A DNA stretch of 44,616 bases from positions 1 to 44,616 of the IMG/VR virus record IMGVR_UViG_3300043220_000052; one strand, given 5' to 3'. The position numbers and the translations under genes were made by a program. The notes beneath the pieces were generated by a model that searched no databases, was not told the origin of the DNA, and saw only the letters and a program-made list of their open reading frames with translations. Below, in pieces: positions 1 through 9,597 of the stretch; position 1 is the stretch's first letter, and every line of letters starts with the position of its first letter. Source of the stretch: a virus. Taxonomy: Duplodnaviria; Caudoviricetes.

Positions 1-127
1 GAACAGGTCTATATGACCGCCACGGGCTTCCTGATTATCCGTATGTCAAGTTTGGCGAAGATTCCCGTGACGGACGGGCGCTACTTCGAGGTGGACGACA
101 AGACGACGGACGACTTCTTCTTCGCTG
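1..127. repeat. 127-bp terminal direct repeat (copy of 44490-44616); circular assembly overlap
   Basis: Bases 1-127 are identical to 44490-44616, and the repeat lies inside a CDS that reads through the junction. Confidence 0.95.
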
Positions 128-306
128 ACTGGTGCAAGGCGACAAAGCTGAAATGGTACGCGGCGGGCAACGTCGTCTGCGATCAGATAGACCTTGACGG
201 GAGGCTACACAGGATTGAGGAGGCCGTCCCAGAGATAGTGCCAGGGGAGTATCCAGACGGCATCCCCATAGAAAAGCTATTCCCTACTTCGGACGCAACT
301 GGATGA
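1..306 (+). CDS. 3' part of GT-A (GT2-like) glycosyltransferase spanning the origin (starts at 43935)
   Basis: In frame with the ORF from ATG 43935; TATGFLIIR and DDFFFADWCK...WYA motifs typical of the C-terminal half of phage GT-A enzymes. Confidence 0.8.
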   Translation, partial: EQVYMTATGFLIIRMSSLAKIPVTDGRYFEVDDKTTDDFFFADWCKATKLKWYAAGNVVCDQIDLDGRLHRIEEAVPEIVPGEYPDGIPIEKLFPTSDATG

Positions 307-983
307 AGGCTAAGCTCACCGAAGAGGTAGCCACCACCATCATCAATAACTTCTACGCCCTGTTGTATAGCGGCGGCGTATGGCAGCGGACGTACTGGCG
401 GGGCCATCCAGCTACCAAGCTGCCGAGTGATCTATTCGTCTACCAGGAACTTATCCACGCTGTAAGGCCGGATTACATCGTGGAGACAGGCACAGCTCAT
501 GGTGGCTCGGCCCTGTTCTTCGCGGATATGCTGGAGCTGGAGGGGCAAGGCGAGGTGATTACAATTGATCTCAACTTCCGCCCCGACCGCCCCGACCATC
601 ACAGGATTAAGTACATCAATGCCGATTCGCTCGACGCCTTCGCCGAGATCGAGAGCGTGGTCAGGGGTAAGAAGGTGATCGTCAGCCTCGACTCAGACCA
701 CCAGAAGGATCACGTCTTGGCAGAGATGGAACTGTACGCACCGTTGGCGACTGAATATCTGGTGGTGGAGGACACAAGTATCAACCACCCAATAGCGGTT
801 GAGGGGATTGACGAAGGCCCGATGGAGGCGGTGACGGAGTTCCTTGAAACCCACAAGGAGTTCGAGATCGACCGTACAGCGCACAAGTTCCTCGTCACGA
901 CTAACCCTAATGGCTGGCTAAGAAGGAGAATTCATGGCAGAGAAACCCCCAAAGGTCAAGCGGATTGGGTTCCGCGCCTGTAG
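303..983 (+). CDS. CmcI-family / rhamnosyl O-methyltransferase-like SAM-dependent methyltransferase
   Basis: K.PSDL..YQELI...RPD.IVETGTAHGGSALF, LDSDH..DHVLAE, VVEDT, GPMEAV.EFL and T.NPNGWL motifs. Confidence 0.88.
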   Translation: MKAKLTEEVATTIINNFYALLYSGGVWQRTYWRGHPATKLPSDLFVYQELIHAVRPDYIVETGTAHGGSALFFADMLELEGQGEVITIDLNFRPDRPDHHRIKYINADSLDAFAEIESVVRGKKVIVSLDSDHQKDHVLAEMELYAPLATEYLVVEDTSINHPIAVEGIDEGPMEAVTEFLETHKEFEIDRTAHKFLVTTNPNGWLRRRIHGRETPKGQADWVPRL

Positions 984-1038
984 CGGTTGCGGAGACCTAT
1001 TACCTGCTGGGGCATCCTGTCCCAACTGCAAGGCATAA
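934..1038 (+). CDS. 34-aa Zn-ribbon micro-protein (MAEKPPKVKRIGFRACSGCGDLLPAGASCPNCKA)
   Basis: AAGGAG RBS, CxxC...CxxC; below the ORF-track cutoff, translated by hand. Confidence 0.6.
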   Translation: MAEKPPKVKRIGFRACSGCGDLLPAGASCPNCKA

Positions 1039-1043
1039 GCCCG

Positions 1044-1343
1044 ATGGCTTCGTGGCTATCTGAGAACTTGAACGAGCGCGAAATAATCACCGCTGGCCCC
1101 ACCCGCCTGAACGGTTGGTCATTGACCAACACTGGTACTCAAGATCGCTTCGTTGCTTTCAAGAATGAAGAGATCACGAAACCCATGATTGTCGTTCCGG
1201 CTGGCGAGGAGCGGAGCATCACGGGCCTAGACGAGCCCTTCCCTAGTGGGTTGGCGATAGAAAGCCTTACTGGGGATGGAACGTTGATTGCCAATGTCTT
1301 CTTTGAGGAACGCGAGCCGCTCCTCAGTCCGGAGGAAGAGTAG
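1044..1343 (+). CDS. small beta-sandwich virion (decoration-type) protein
   Basis: ~100 aa beta-rich; pattern shared with 4329-4616, 4616-4900 and the C-terminus of 10185-11627. Confidence 0.55.
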   Translation: MASWLSENLNEREIITAGPTRLNGWSLTNTGTQDRFVAFKNEEITKPMIVVPAGEERSITGLDEPFPSGLAIESLTGDGTLIANVFFEEREPLLSPEEE

Positions 1344-1660
1344 TGGCCCGCACCGACACCTCACATGAGAATGTAACCCGCTTCTTCGGGCTGTCCACGG
1401 ACACGAAGCCGACCAACGCCATGGTCGGCGCGACCTTCACTGAGACCGACACACAAGAGGAGTTCGTCTACGACGGCGTTAACTGGACTCGTGACAAGAC
1501 GGTGGTGGTGGAACAGGTCGGTGCTGTTGAGGTGAAAGACACGGCCACAACTAACGATCTATTGAGCGAGATATTAACTCAGCAGAAGCTCACCAATGCT
1601 TATCTGGCGATAGTGACCGACGTAATTCTGGACAACGACTGCATACCAGAGGAGGAGTGA
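1343..1660 (+). CDS. putative virion protein (GLSTDTKPT...G.TF.ETDT..EFVYDG..W fibre-type motif)
   Basis: Motif common in phage fibre and decoration proteins; coupled start/stop. Confidence 0.6.
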   Translation: MARTDTSHENVTRFFGLSTDTKPTNAMVGATFTETDTQEEFVYDGVNWTRDKTVVVEQVGAVEVKDTATTNDLLSEILTQQKLTNAYLAIVTDVILDNDCIPEEE

Positions 1661-2220
1661 TGGCACAGAAGATAGGATACCTGACTAAGAAGGGCGTGAA
1701 TGAGGAGGTTCACGGTTCCGACACTCGGTTTAACACCTCCTCACGGTCATCTCAGCGCATCCACTACATCTCCCGCGATGACGGGCAGGCATACACCATC
1801 GTCAGTCACGACGGTTCGGCGGCTGCTACAACCTACCCTATCTATCTGCAAAACACATCCTCGTCTGGGCTGTTGCTCTACGTGGACACCATCAATGTGG
1901 GAGGTGTAGAGTCGGCGCTGTGGAAGGTGTGGTTTGTAACAGGAACGGCGTCAGCCGGATCGCCTTTGACGGCGGTCAATATGAACAAGGCGTCAAGCAA
2001 CGCAGCCGCCATAACGGCCAGAGGTGATGATGCCATCGCAAACCTGACGACAGATGGTGAGATTACCTCAATAAGGACAGCGGCAACGGATCACGATGAT
2101 CTGAGGTTCGACGACGCTATCATTCTCGGGCAGAACGACGCTATTGCGGTAGAGTATGCCACGGGAACGACCGGGATCGCTGAAATTGCAATCGCCTTCT
2201 ACCTGGAGACCTCGGAATAA
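1657..2220 (+). CDS. putative virion structural protein (beta-rich)
   Basis: ORF in structural operon with GGAGGAG RBS; T/S/A/G-rich. Confidence 0.6.
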   Translation: MMAQKIGYLTKKGVNEEVHGSDTRFNTSSRSSQRIHYISRDDGQAYTIVSHDGSAAATTYPIYLQNTSSSGLLLYVDTINVGGVESALWKVWFVTGTASAGSPLTAVNMNKASSNAAAITARGDDAIANLTTDGEITSIRTAATDHDDLRFDDAIILGQNDAIAVEYATGTTGIAEIAIAFYLETSE

Positions 2221-3312
2221 ATGCCAGTTAATGTCAGGGTAACGGGGATAGGCCACGAGTCCGGGCACCGCAGGCTCGAACAGGCCATGCACCAGAAGTC
2301 CGGAGCGATGGCTGGTGCTGTTGTGTATGTGGAGCGATTACTCGACTTCGATCCGGAGTTCCATCCTTTTCTGAACGACACTTTCGGGGCAGCGATGAAC
2401 CAGAACGTCACGTTTAGTGGCGTCCCTGAGAAAATCCATAATGGAGGAAGCTCTGTTGAGTGGGACGCCACAGCCATCTCAGGAACCTGGAACTTTGCAG
2501 ACTCAGGCAAGATAACCCTCACGTCAGGCGCTGACACCGATGCGGCGCTGTTCGAGGAAGAGGGCGCGTCAACCGTTGACTGGGCTAGCTTCACAGCCCT
2601 CACGGGGAAGGTAGACCTCGATACCTACAGCGGCATCACCCACGATTTCTCAATACAGTTCGACCTTGCCGGGGTGGCCGTGGGAGATTCTCTGTTGCTC
2701 AACAGCTACATCGACACTGGGGATTTCGCAGAGCAGACCTTTGTGATCCCAAAAGCAGACTTCAACTTCGCTACGACGGTCGTTGATGGGCTCACTCTTG
2801 CGTTGGTTCGCGCTGGGGGGCCAAAGCCAACGGTAAAGTTCGATGACATCCAGATGGAGGCGGCAGGAGACCCGCTCATCTTCAAGGCAACTACGCCCAA
2901 AGGCACAAAGTTTCACATCACTGAGCTGCGAATCGCCATTGCCGACAACATCACAGGGATTACTTCGGTGGCGGACGCGTCGGAAAACGCCACAGTGCCC
3001 AATCTTGCCTATGACGACTTCATGGGGATTACGTCCCCGCTAACAAATGGTGTGTTGTTCTCCAGAGTGAAGGGTGGCAAGACGATTTTTAACGTGAGCA
3101 TCAAGCAATTGGGGGACTTCCTCGCCACGGGTGCAAATATCGCCAATCACATTTCGGATGGCACTAACACGTTCATCACGATGGTAATTGAGTTCCCAGA
3201 GCCGATCATCCTGAACGGCACCAACGATGACTTTCTGTCATACACGATCAACGACAATCTCTCAGGACTATTGCAGTTCACCGCAGCGGCCAGAGGGGCG
3301 TTGGAGGTATAG
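2221..3312 (+). CDS. putative virion structural protein with carbohydrate-binding-like beta domain
   Basis: 363-aa acidic beta-rich ORF in the structural operon. Confidence 0.6.
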   Translation: MPVNVRVTGIGHESGHRRLEQAMHQKSGAMAGAVVYVERLLDFDPEFHPFLNDTFGAAMNQNVTFSGVPEKIHNGGSSVEWDATAISGTWNFADSGKITLTSGADTDAALFEEEGASTVDWASFTALTGKVDLDTYSGITHDFSIQFDLAGVAVGDSLLLNSYIDTGDFAEQTFVIPKADFNFATTVVDGLTLALVRAGGPKPTVKFDDIQMEAAGDPLIFKATTPKGTKFHITELRIAIADNITGITSVADASENATVPNLAYDDFMGITSPLTNGVLFSRVKGGKTIFNVSIKQLGDFLATGANIANHISDGTNTFITMVIEFPEPIILNGTNDDFLSYTINDNLSGLLQFTAAARGALEV

Positions 3313-3747
3313 ATGCACATAATCGCAACGCACGTTATGAAGGACGAACCCTGCTACGGACTGTGGGAAGGCCCGAAGGGCGGAAGGTGGATTCAGCGCG
3401 TATTTATTGTGCGGGGTGACGCTATCGCCAAGTTCGAGACGGACTACGGCCCCGTGGCGGACTGGCCTGACGCCACGGAGACCATCTACCCCTCTTTCGG
3501 GGAGAACTCCGTCGCCCAACTTCAGGAGATGGCCGAGCGAGACAGACACAGCGATAAGTGGGCTAAACGGCGAAGGGAGATGCAGGCCGAGAGTACCCTC
3601 ATCTCCGACATTCTAAAACAGGAGGAGATATTACTTGATGTAGTTGCCAACCGCAGCAATTTCGGCCCCGGCGTGAGAGTCCAAAGAAACGACTTCCCCC
3701 GCGAGGCCGTGCAAAGTCAATATAAGGAGAAGAAGAATGGCAGATAA
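3313..3747 (+). CDS. hypothetical protein
   Basis: GGAGGT RBS, contiguous operon. Confidence 0.7.
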   Translation: MHIIATHVMKDEPCYGLWEGPKGGRWIQRVFIVRGDAIAKFETDYGPVADWPDATETIYPSFGENSVAQLQEMAERDRHSDKWAKRRREMQAESTLISDILKQEEILLDVVANRSNFGPGVRVQRNDFPREAVQSQYKEKKNGR

Positions 3748-4348
3748 GGCTGCACAAGCTGAGAGGCTGCGCGATCTGCGCGGCCAAGTTACAGAACTAG
3801 GATCGTCTGATGTGCCGGAAATCCTCTTCCAACATATTTCCCCAGGCCGTGAACCCGTCACGGTCTACTCCACGAAAGACGGCTGCCCTACCCCGATTCC
3901 TGCTTACATGCTGGGGGCGGCGATGGAACTACGGAATGAGGACGGGACTTTCCGGTTCGTAGCTAAAGCCGAGGACGCGCCAGAGTACAAGCTAGGAACC
4001 ATCAAGTGCTTTCTGCACCCCGACAGTCCTGAGCGACCAGTCTTAGAGTTAGTCGGCTTGGGTTCCGCGACTTGCCCAAAGGCCACCCTCGCCAGTGTGC
4101 AGTCTAAGCGGCTGCATGGCCTTCACCGCCACAAGCAGGAGTGGGAAGCGTGGCAGGAACATGTAGAGGGCAAGAAGGAAGAGAGACGCGAGGAGCGACT
4201 GAACCAGCAGCTAGAGGCGACTCTAGCGCTCGCGGGGAACGGGCAGCGGCCACCTCCGAAGGGCGAGTGCGACATCTGCGGCAAGACAGGGTTCAAGAAC
4301 GTAGGAGCGCACAAGAGAGGGGCTCATAATGGCGATTCGGCCCAGTAA
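3737..4348 (+). CDS. hypothetical protein with Zn-binding motifs (C-terminal C2H2 finger)
   Basis: CFLH...CPK...H..HRH and CDIC...HKRGAH; AAGGAG RBS. Confidence 0.7.
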   Translation: MADKAAQAERLRDLRGQVTELGSSDVPEILFQHISPGREPVTVYSTKDGCPTPIPAYMLGAAMELRNEDGTFRFVAKAEDAPEYKLGTIKCFLHPDSPERPVLELVGLGSATCPKATLASVQSKRLHGLHRHKQEWEAWQEHVEGKKEERREERLNQQLEATLALAGNGQRPPPKGECDICGKTGFKNVGAHKRGAHNGDSAQ

Positions 4349-4616
4349 GGTAGACACCACATCAATCTTAACGTCTGACGCGGCGGTGAAGGCGGGGCCT
4401 GGTCTAGTGTTCTGGATTGCCGCCTCAGCGGGCGCTACAGGTGGAGCGTTTCAGATTTCCGACGCGCTGGACGATAGCAACGACGTCTTCAGTGCGGTAA
4501 TGCCTGCCACCTCAGTCGTCTTCTTTGGCCCGTTCGACCCGCCGATTGTGTGCGCTACAGGGATTTACGCCGACATCCCCGGCACAAACGTAACCCTCAC
4601 TGTTGGCTATCAGTAA
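4329..4616 (+). CDS. small beta-sandwich virion protein, paralog 1
   Basis: MAIRPSK..T...K..PG.VFWIA...F.PPI....I.......TVGYQ aligns end to end with the next gene. Confidence 0.7.
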   Translation: MAIRPSKVDTTSILTSDAAVKAGPGLVFWIAASAGATGGAFQISDALDDSNDVFSAVMPATSVVFFGPFDPPIVCATGIYADIPGTNVTLTVGYQ

Positions 4617-4900
4617 TGGCTGTCCGGGCGTCGAAAACAGCGACGACTGCGATAACCACAAGCAACACCACGATCAAGTCTACTTCAGGGAGGGTCTTCT
4701 GGGTTGCCATTTCCGAGACAGGCGGTGCAGCGCAGGAGGCCATTATCTTTACGGACGATTCACTCGACCGTTGGCGAGGAGATTCAGCTCCAGATAGCGT
4801 ATCCTTTCACAGGTTCAACCCACCTCTGGAGATGGTTGGGTCTATCGGCATCACCCACATAGGGGCCGGAGCTGCGACGGTAACGACGGGATACGAATGA
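4616..4900 (+). CDS. small beta-sandwich virion protein, paralog 2
   Basis: Start reassigned to ATG 4616 (TAATG overlap); MAVRASK..T...K..SG.VFWVA...FNPPL...TTGYE. Confidence 0.7.
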   Translation: MAVRASKTATTAITTSNTTIKSTSGRVFWVAISETGGAAQEAIIFTDDSLDRWRGDSAPDSVSFHRFNPPLEMVGSIGITHIGAGAATVTTGYE

Positions 4901-4919
4901 TTCTCTACATAAGGAGGTA

Positions 4920-4988
4920 ATGTCAATGTCTCCAAGGCACGGCCCGAAAGGAAACCCACACAAGCGACGCAAGCCGCCGAAGAAGTAA
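4920..4988 (+). CDS. 22-aa basic peptide (MSMSPRHGPKGNPHKRRKPPKK)
   Basis: Perfect TAAGGAGGT RBS; stop overlaps the next start. Confidence 0.55.
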   Translation: MSMSPRHGPKGNPHKRRKPPKK

Positions 4989-5110
4989 TGGTCACAAAGG
5001 CTAAGGCAAAGAAAATCCTCAAGCACGGCTCCGTCCAGGGGAAGCGCCTGACGAAGAAACAGCGCGGCTTCTTTGGGGCTAGGGCGGGCGGCAAGCGCCG
5101 CAAGAAGTAG
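4988..5110 (+). CDS. 40-aa highly basic peptide (MVTKAKAKKILKHGSVQGKRLTKKQRGFFGARAGGKRRKK)
   Basis: Translationally coupled (TAATG); K/R-rich, no acidic residues. Confidence 0.7.
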   Translation: MVTKAKAKKILKHGSVQGKRLTKKQRGFFGARAGGKRRKK

Positions 5111-5119
5111 GAGTAGCGC

Positions 5120-6352
5120 ATGGCAACCCTCATAATTATGGCTCGTGACCTAGCGCAGCGTCTCTACCGTGAGTCCCATTGGCCGGTCACGGGCTCGGCT
5201 ACAGGCGGGGATACTACCTCGCTCATAGACACTACCGAACTGCTGTATTCCAGCGGAGACGCTAATGCCTGGGATAGAAAGTGGGTCTATCGGGAGACTA
5301 GCCCCAGCGACACCGTAACCTCCTCACGGGTGACAGAAGGTGGCCTTAATGCAGGCGCGGGTGACTTGACACTCTCCCCCGCGCTCTCTAGTTCGTTTGC
5401 CAGCGGCAACAACTACATCATTACCGATCAGCACATCGACGTGTTGAAGAACGCCATTAACCGCGTCCAGCGGAATCTCTTTCTTGAGACGTTTTATCCC
5501 CTCTCTCTTCACGTCATGGGGAACGACGCGAACGACATGGAGCCGTCCACGATAGCGACGGACTACTCTTCCACCAACGCGACTTTGGCGACGGAATCCA
5601 CCATCGTCTTTAACGGGGCACAGTCACTTAAAATAACGGCGACCTCTGCGGCGGGCTACGCGAACACGGGCAATATCGGTGTCAGCGACAGCCAGAATCT
5701 CTACGCTGCCATGATGATGTACGTCACGTCAGGCGACTCGGCCACTTTCCGTGTTATCGACGTAACCGACTCCAATGCCACCATCGAGGACGCCACCACG
5801 GACGAACCCTCATGGGTGGAGTTAGTCTACCCCTTCTCTGTGCCGACTGATTGCGAGCAGATAGATTTCCGCTTCATCGCGGACGCCAGCGGCGACATTA
5901 TCTTCGGTGAGGACTTCCAGGTTTGGCGCAACGGCAGGCAAGTCTACTCCCTCCCGTCATGGATCACCCGCCCCGAACAGCTATTGGACGTGCGAGCTTT
6001 CCCTCAAGGTGTCGGAGGCCCCGCCTCAGACAACGACTACATCGCCAACGAGCGCCGTTCCCAACCCCTGTCCTACGGCTTTGAGAGCGTCGACAGACGG
6101 GGGAACCTCCCTTTGCATATATGGGTGGACGCTGGGAGCGCACGGCCCTTCATTTACGCTCTGAGGCCGTTAGTCGAGCTTTCCGCCGACACGTCTAACT
6201 CCGTTGCCGAACAAGACTTTGTTGTGAGATGGGCGGAAAAACTCGTGAGAGAGCCGGACAATGCTTCCGAGACGATGGCTTTACTTAGAGCGATTCACTT
6301 CCAGAGAGTCACGACGGAGCTGCCGACTAGGACAGGGGTGTCCATGCGCTAG
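5120..6352 (+). CDS. putative head-tail adaptor (tail tubular A-like) with inserted beta domains
   Basis: MATL..MARDLAQRL N-terminus, LKNAINR helix and position upstream of the nozzle candidate; inference from synteny. Confidence 0.55.
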   Translation: MATLIIMARDLAQRLYRESHWPVTGSATGGDTTSLIDTTELLYSSGDANAWDRKWVYRETSPSDTVTSSRVTEGGLNAGAGDLTLSPALSSSFASGNNYIITDQHIDVLKNAINRVQRNLFLETFYPLSLHVMGNDANDMEPSTIATDYSSTNATLATESTIVFNGAQSLKITATSAAGYANTGNIGVSDSQNLYAAMMMYVTSGDSATFRVIDVTDSNATIEDATTDEPSWVELVYPFSVPTDCEQIDFRFIADASGDIIFGEDFQVWRNGRQVYSLPSWITRPEQLLDVRAFPQGVGGPASDNDYIANERRSQPLSYGFESVDRRGNLPLHIWVDAGSARPFIYALRPLVELSADTSNSVAEQDFVVRWAEKLVREPDNASETMALLRAIHFQRVTTELPTRTGVSMR

Positions 6353-6759
6353 TAGGCGCAGACCTGCTGAAATTGCCTGACGATGCTCAGCCTACGGTCA
6401 TACGCCGCTACTTTAGAGAACTGTTCATCGGCGCTGCCCACAGCGTTCTCAATCAAGCCTGCGTCCGTTGCTAGTGGATTGTCGAATAGGTAATCGGCCC
6501 ACGCTTGGTGCATGGCGCGAGCATCCTCCAAGCTCCAAATGAGCCAGTCAACCTCCGGGGCTGGGGGGCAATCGAGCGGAGCGACGGGCACTTCGACAAC
6601 CACCTCAACGGGCACTTCGACAAGGACTTCTCTGACTACCTCGACGGAGACTTCGGTGACGACAGGAACTTCAATAGGCACACGGATAATCTCCGGTTCA
6701 GCCTGAGAACAAGCCAAGAGCAGGATAGCCAACGATATTGCGAGGGCTTTGACTAGCAT
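6349..6759 (-). CDS. lipoprotein with V/E/P-rich repeat linker; possible superinfection-exclusion moron
   Basis: Signal peptide with lipobox LLLA-C; EVPVEVVVEVPV repeats; opposite strand to its neighbours. Confidence 0.7.
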   Translation of the reverse strand: MLVKALAISLAILLLACSQAEPEIIRVPIEVPVVTEVSVEVVREVLVEVPVEVVVEVPVAPLDCPPAPEVDWLIWSLEDARAMHQAWADYLFDNPLATDAGLIENAVGSADEQFSKVAAYDRRLSIVRQFQQVCAY

Positions 6760-6771
6760 TATGAGGCAATC

Positions 6772-6783
6772 ATTTTATCACAT
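6772..6783 (-). promoter_or_regulatory. extended -10 promoter (TGTG-A-TAAAAT) for the lipoprotein gene
   Basis: Minus strand reads ATGTGATAAAAT, 12 nt upstream of ATG 6759. Confidence 0.55.
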
Positions 6784-6794
6784 GGAGAACACAG

Positions 6795-8963
6795 ATGCCA
6801 CGTGGCCCATCCGAAATCGGTGACGAACTTGGCATCTCGGCGGTAAACGATTCGGGGAAGAAGTCGTACCCCCTTGCCCGAATCCCCAACAACGTCTCCT
6901 ATGAGACGGTATCAGAACAACCAGAGGCGGAGCCGAACCAGCGCTTGGCGTGGCCGCTTAGCTTTCACGGGGGCATTGGACACCACAAATACACCCCAGA
7001 AACGGCTGGATATGCCCAAAGCACGGGCATGTTGGTTTCCACTCCCAGGGTAATCCGTCCAGCGGCAAAGCTAGGCGGCGCTGCTCTTACAGGTGCCGTT
7101 AATCCGCCAAACTATTTCTTCGAGGCCACTGTAAACGATGCCGGGGTTGATGATGGCAAGCCGCGCCTTTTTGTCATCGCCGTAGAGTCAGATGAGGTCA
7201 ATGTCTACAAAGTCTCGTTAGCCCACGGCGATAGTGGAACGGCAAACGCAGCCGTAACCACAACGAACACTACATTAACTGACACGCGAGAGGCTTGGAC
7301 AACCGATGAGTGGATCGGTGAGACCGTCACCTGTAACAGCAAGACGATGACCGTTACAGGCAACACGGCTACCGTGCTGACTGGAACATCATGGAGCGGC
7401 GGTGGCAATCCCGGCGATGGCAACGAATGGATAATCGGCGTTGGCCCTGCTGGGACTCTCCTCAACACCAAGACGTTCACCGTCACTACGACCCAGCCGA
7501 TGGGGCATCCCGCTGAGTGGAACGATGGCTCGAACACTCGCTGGCTTGTGCCCCTGGGCGATGGCGGCTTCATTCAGCGGCTAGATTCAGTCGTGTCCGG
7601 CACCTCTGCCGACACATGGACAAGCGACGACGCGGACGCACGGCACCTGAAAGTCGTTGGTAACCAATTGGTGCGCTCTACGGATGAGAACCAAGTCTCC
7701 ATTCTGTCACGCGGGGTATCCGCCATTGCCGAAAGTGGCTGGGGTGGTGACTTCTTCGCTGGCGACGTCAGTTCCAAAATCACGGAATTGGGCGAGGCGA
7801 GCGGATTAGGGTACATCGCCAAAGAGGACGGATTCTACGAGTGGGATTTGGAGGGGGAAGCCGCCAACGTCTTCCCCGAAATCGGCAGGGCTCCTCGCAA
7901 CGGGCAGGGAATGGTGTATTGGCATGGAGGATTCCTAATCCCCGCAGCTTCGGGTCTCTGGTGGACGCGAACTGGTAAGCCGATTGGGCCCGACAGCAAT
8001 CCGAACAATTCCCAAAATCACCCCGTACTCTCATCAATATATTCGTCAAAAGGGGGACACTGGATGGGCCTCTATCCTTTTGGGGAATATATCTTCGGGA
8101 TTTACATAACCCCAAATATACCTGTTAGTACAACGGCCCTACTGCTTTTGGGCCGTGAACGGGAGAGCGCTGACCCCCCAGGCTGGGGGCCTATAATATG
8201 GCATGTTCTCGATTTCCTCACCGCAGACCTTGACGACTTCCACGGGTGCTTTGTATCTGAGACATCAGAAATATCGCTGGCCGAAACTAGACCTTCGATC
8301 TGGTACGCATCGGGGACTGGCCTTCTTGAAAAGCCGCTGGACAGGGATGGCGCACCACGGAACACCCGTGGCGACATCTCAGTACTAGACGCATTCGTTT
8401 ATTCCGGCGAGATAGACTTCGGCATTCCGCGTGTTCTCAAGCAGTTATGGATGATAGATGGCTGGGCTGAGGACATGACTGTTGATCACGTCTTCTATTT
8501 CAGTATTGCGGTGGATGGTGGCGCGACTATCCAATTAGGTGCCAATATCACTGAGGATGGGTACTTCCAACGGTTCTGGACACAAGATAGCAACGATACG
8601 GCCCGAGCGTTTCTTGTCTTTTGCAAGTTTGAGGCGGGAAGCAACCGCACGGGCCTGAATGGGCCGCATCTCCGCGATGCCGCTGTACGTGCTATTGCCC
8701 TTCCCGCCACGACCCGCGAGTGGACATTCTTGTTCGGTGTAGAGGATGAGCAGTCCAAGACCGCGAAGAAGATACGCTCCGAACTCGAGGCTTACGTGGG
8801 CGACCTGAAGAAGTTTACTCTCCCGGACAGAGATTTCTTCAACGGTGTCATGGGGAAACCCAGGATGCTTAGGGCCGACGAGATCAACAGACTGACTCCG
8901 CGCAATCAGGAGCCGCCCCATTACGTGATAGCGGCCACAGTCAGGGAGATGTCAGGATCGTGA
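6795..8963 (+). CDS. putative tail nozzle / tail tubular B-like beta-propeller protein
   Basis: 722 aa beta-rich with a C-terminal SG.IDFG.P.VLK.L motif typical of P22 gp10/T7 gp12-like proteins; follows the adaptor candidate. Confidence 0.65.
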   Translation: MPRGPSEIGDELGISAVNDSGKKSYPLARIPNNVSYETVSEQPEAEPNQRLAWPLSFHGGIGHHKYTPETAGYAQSTGMLVSTPRVIRPAAKLGGAALTGAVNPPNYFFEATVNDAGVDDGKPRLFVIAVESDEVNVYKVSLAHGDSGTANAAVTTTNTTLTDTREAWTTDEWIGETVTCNSKTMTVTGNTATVLTGTSWSGGGNPGDGNEWIIGVGPAGTLLNTKTFTVTTTQPMGHPAEWNDGSNTRWLVPLGDGGFIQRLDSVVSGTSADTWTSDDADARHLKVVGNQLVRSTDENQVSILSRGVSAIAESGWGGDFFAGDVSSKITELGEASGLGYIAKEDGFYEWDLEGEAANVFPEIGRAPRNGQGMVYWHGGFLIPAASGLWWTRTGKPIGPDSNPNNSQNHPVLSSIYSSKGGHWMGLYPFGEYIFGIYITPNIPVSTTALLLLGRERESADPPGWGPIIWHVLDFLTADLDDFHGCFVSETSEISLAETRPSIWYASGTGLLEKPLDRDGAPRNTRGDISVLDAFVYSGEIDFGIPRVLKQLWMIDGWAEDMTVDHVFYFSIAVDGGATIQLGANITEDGYFQRFWTQDSNDTARAFLVFCKFEAGSNRTGLNGPHLRDAAVRAIALPATTREWTFLFGVEDEQSKTAKKIRSELEAYVGDLKKFTLPDRDFFNGVMGKPRMLRADEINRLTPRNQEPPHYVIAATVREMSGS

Positions 8964-9133
8964 TAGTAACCAAAATCATCACCGTCCACCCCGTTAACCA
9001 GCCTGACGATGTGAAGTACATCTTTGTCGGCGAGGGTGAACGATTGGGCGAGGCGGGGCGGACTCTCAAAAAGGGCACTTACTACGAGGGAAGGGCGGGT
9101 AGGGCATTGAGGGTTTTCCTAGAGAAGCTGTAA
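8960..9133 (+). CDS. 57-aa hypothetical protein
   Basis: GTGA and TAATG overlaps couple it to both neighbours; hand-translated. Confidence 0.55.
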   Translation: MIVTKIITVHPVNQPDDVKYIFVGEGERLGEAGRTLKKGTYYEGRAGRALRVFLEKL

Positions 9134-9597
9134 TGCCGGAACGCGAATACGACCCCACGCTCCAATCTCCGTCCGAGCGGCGGAGTCTACTGAGCCAGGG
9201 CATACTGCGGCTGAGACGGCTGTTCGTCCAGGTAGCGAATATCACAACCCTCCGCACCGACACCATCACTGAGCGGACGCCAGCGGCGGGGGTGACGGCG
9301 GGTGGCGTACTCCTGCAGGACTCCGAGGTTACAACGGATGTCATCCACGAGAAGACTCCCGCGACAGGCGTGATTATTGATGGCCTGCTTATAATGGATA
9401 ACTTTATAGAGTACGAGGAGATTTCCACACCGGCTAACCCAGCGCTGAACTTCTTGCGGCTGTTTGCCCGTGCTAGCGGGACCAACATACAACTCATAGC
9501 CTTATCGAGCCAGGGTGCCGAGTGTGTGATCTGCACTCTGGACGACACGGCAGTAGCCCACACGAACACCCTGACTCTCAACTGGATTGAAGATTAG
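9133..9597 (+). CDS. putative tail fibre/needle-associated protein with TD.I.E.TPA.GV...G.L repeats
   Basis: Two copies of the TDTITERTPAAGV / TDVIHEKTPATGV motif. Confidence 0.6.
   Translation: MPEREYDPTLQSPSERRSLLSQGILRLRRLFVQVANITTLRTDTITERTPAAGVTAGGVLLQDSEVTTDVIHEKTPATGVIIDGLLIMDNFIEYEEISTPANPALNFLRLFARASGTNIQLIALSSQGAECVICTLDDTAVAHTNTLTLNWIED

Noticed and set aside
1-127. Biological direct terminal repeat
   Set aside because: 127 bp equals a common assembler k-mer size and falls mid-gene, so it indicates circular assembly rather than true termini.
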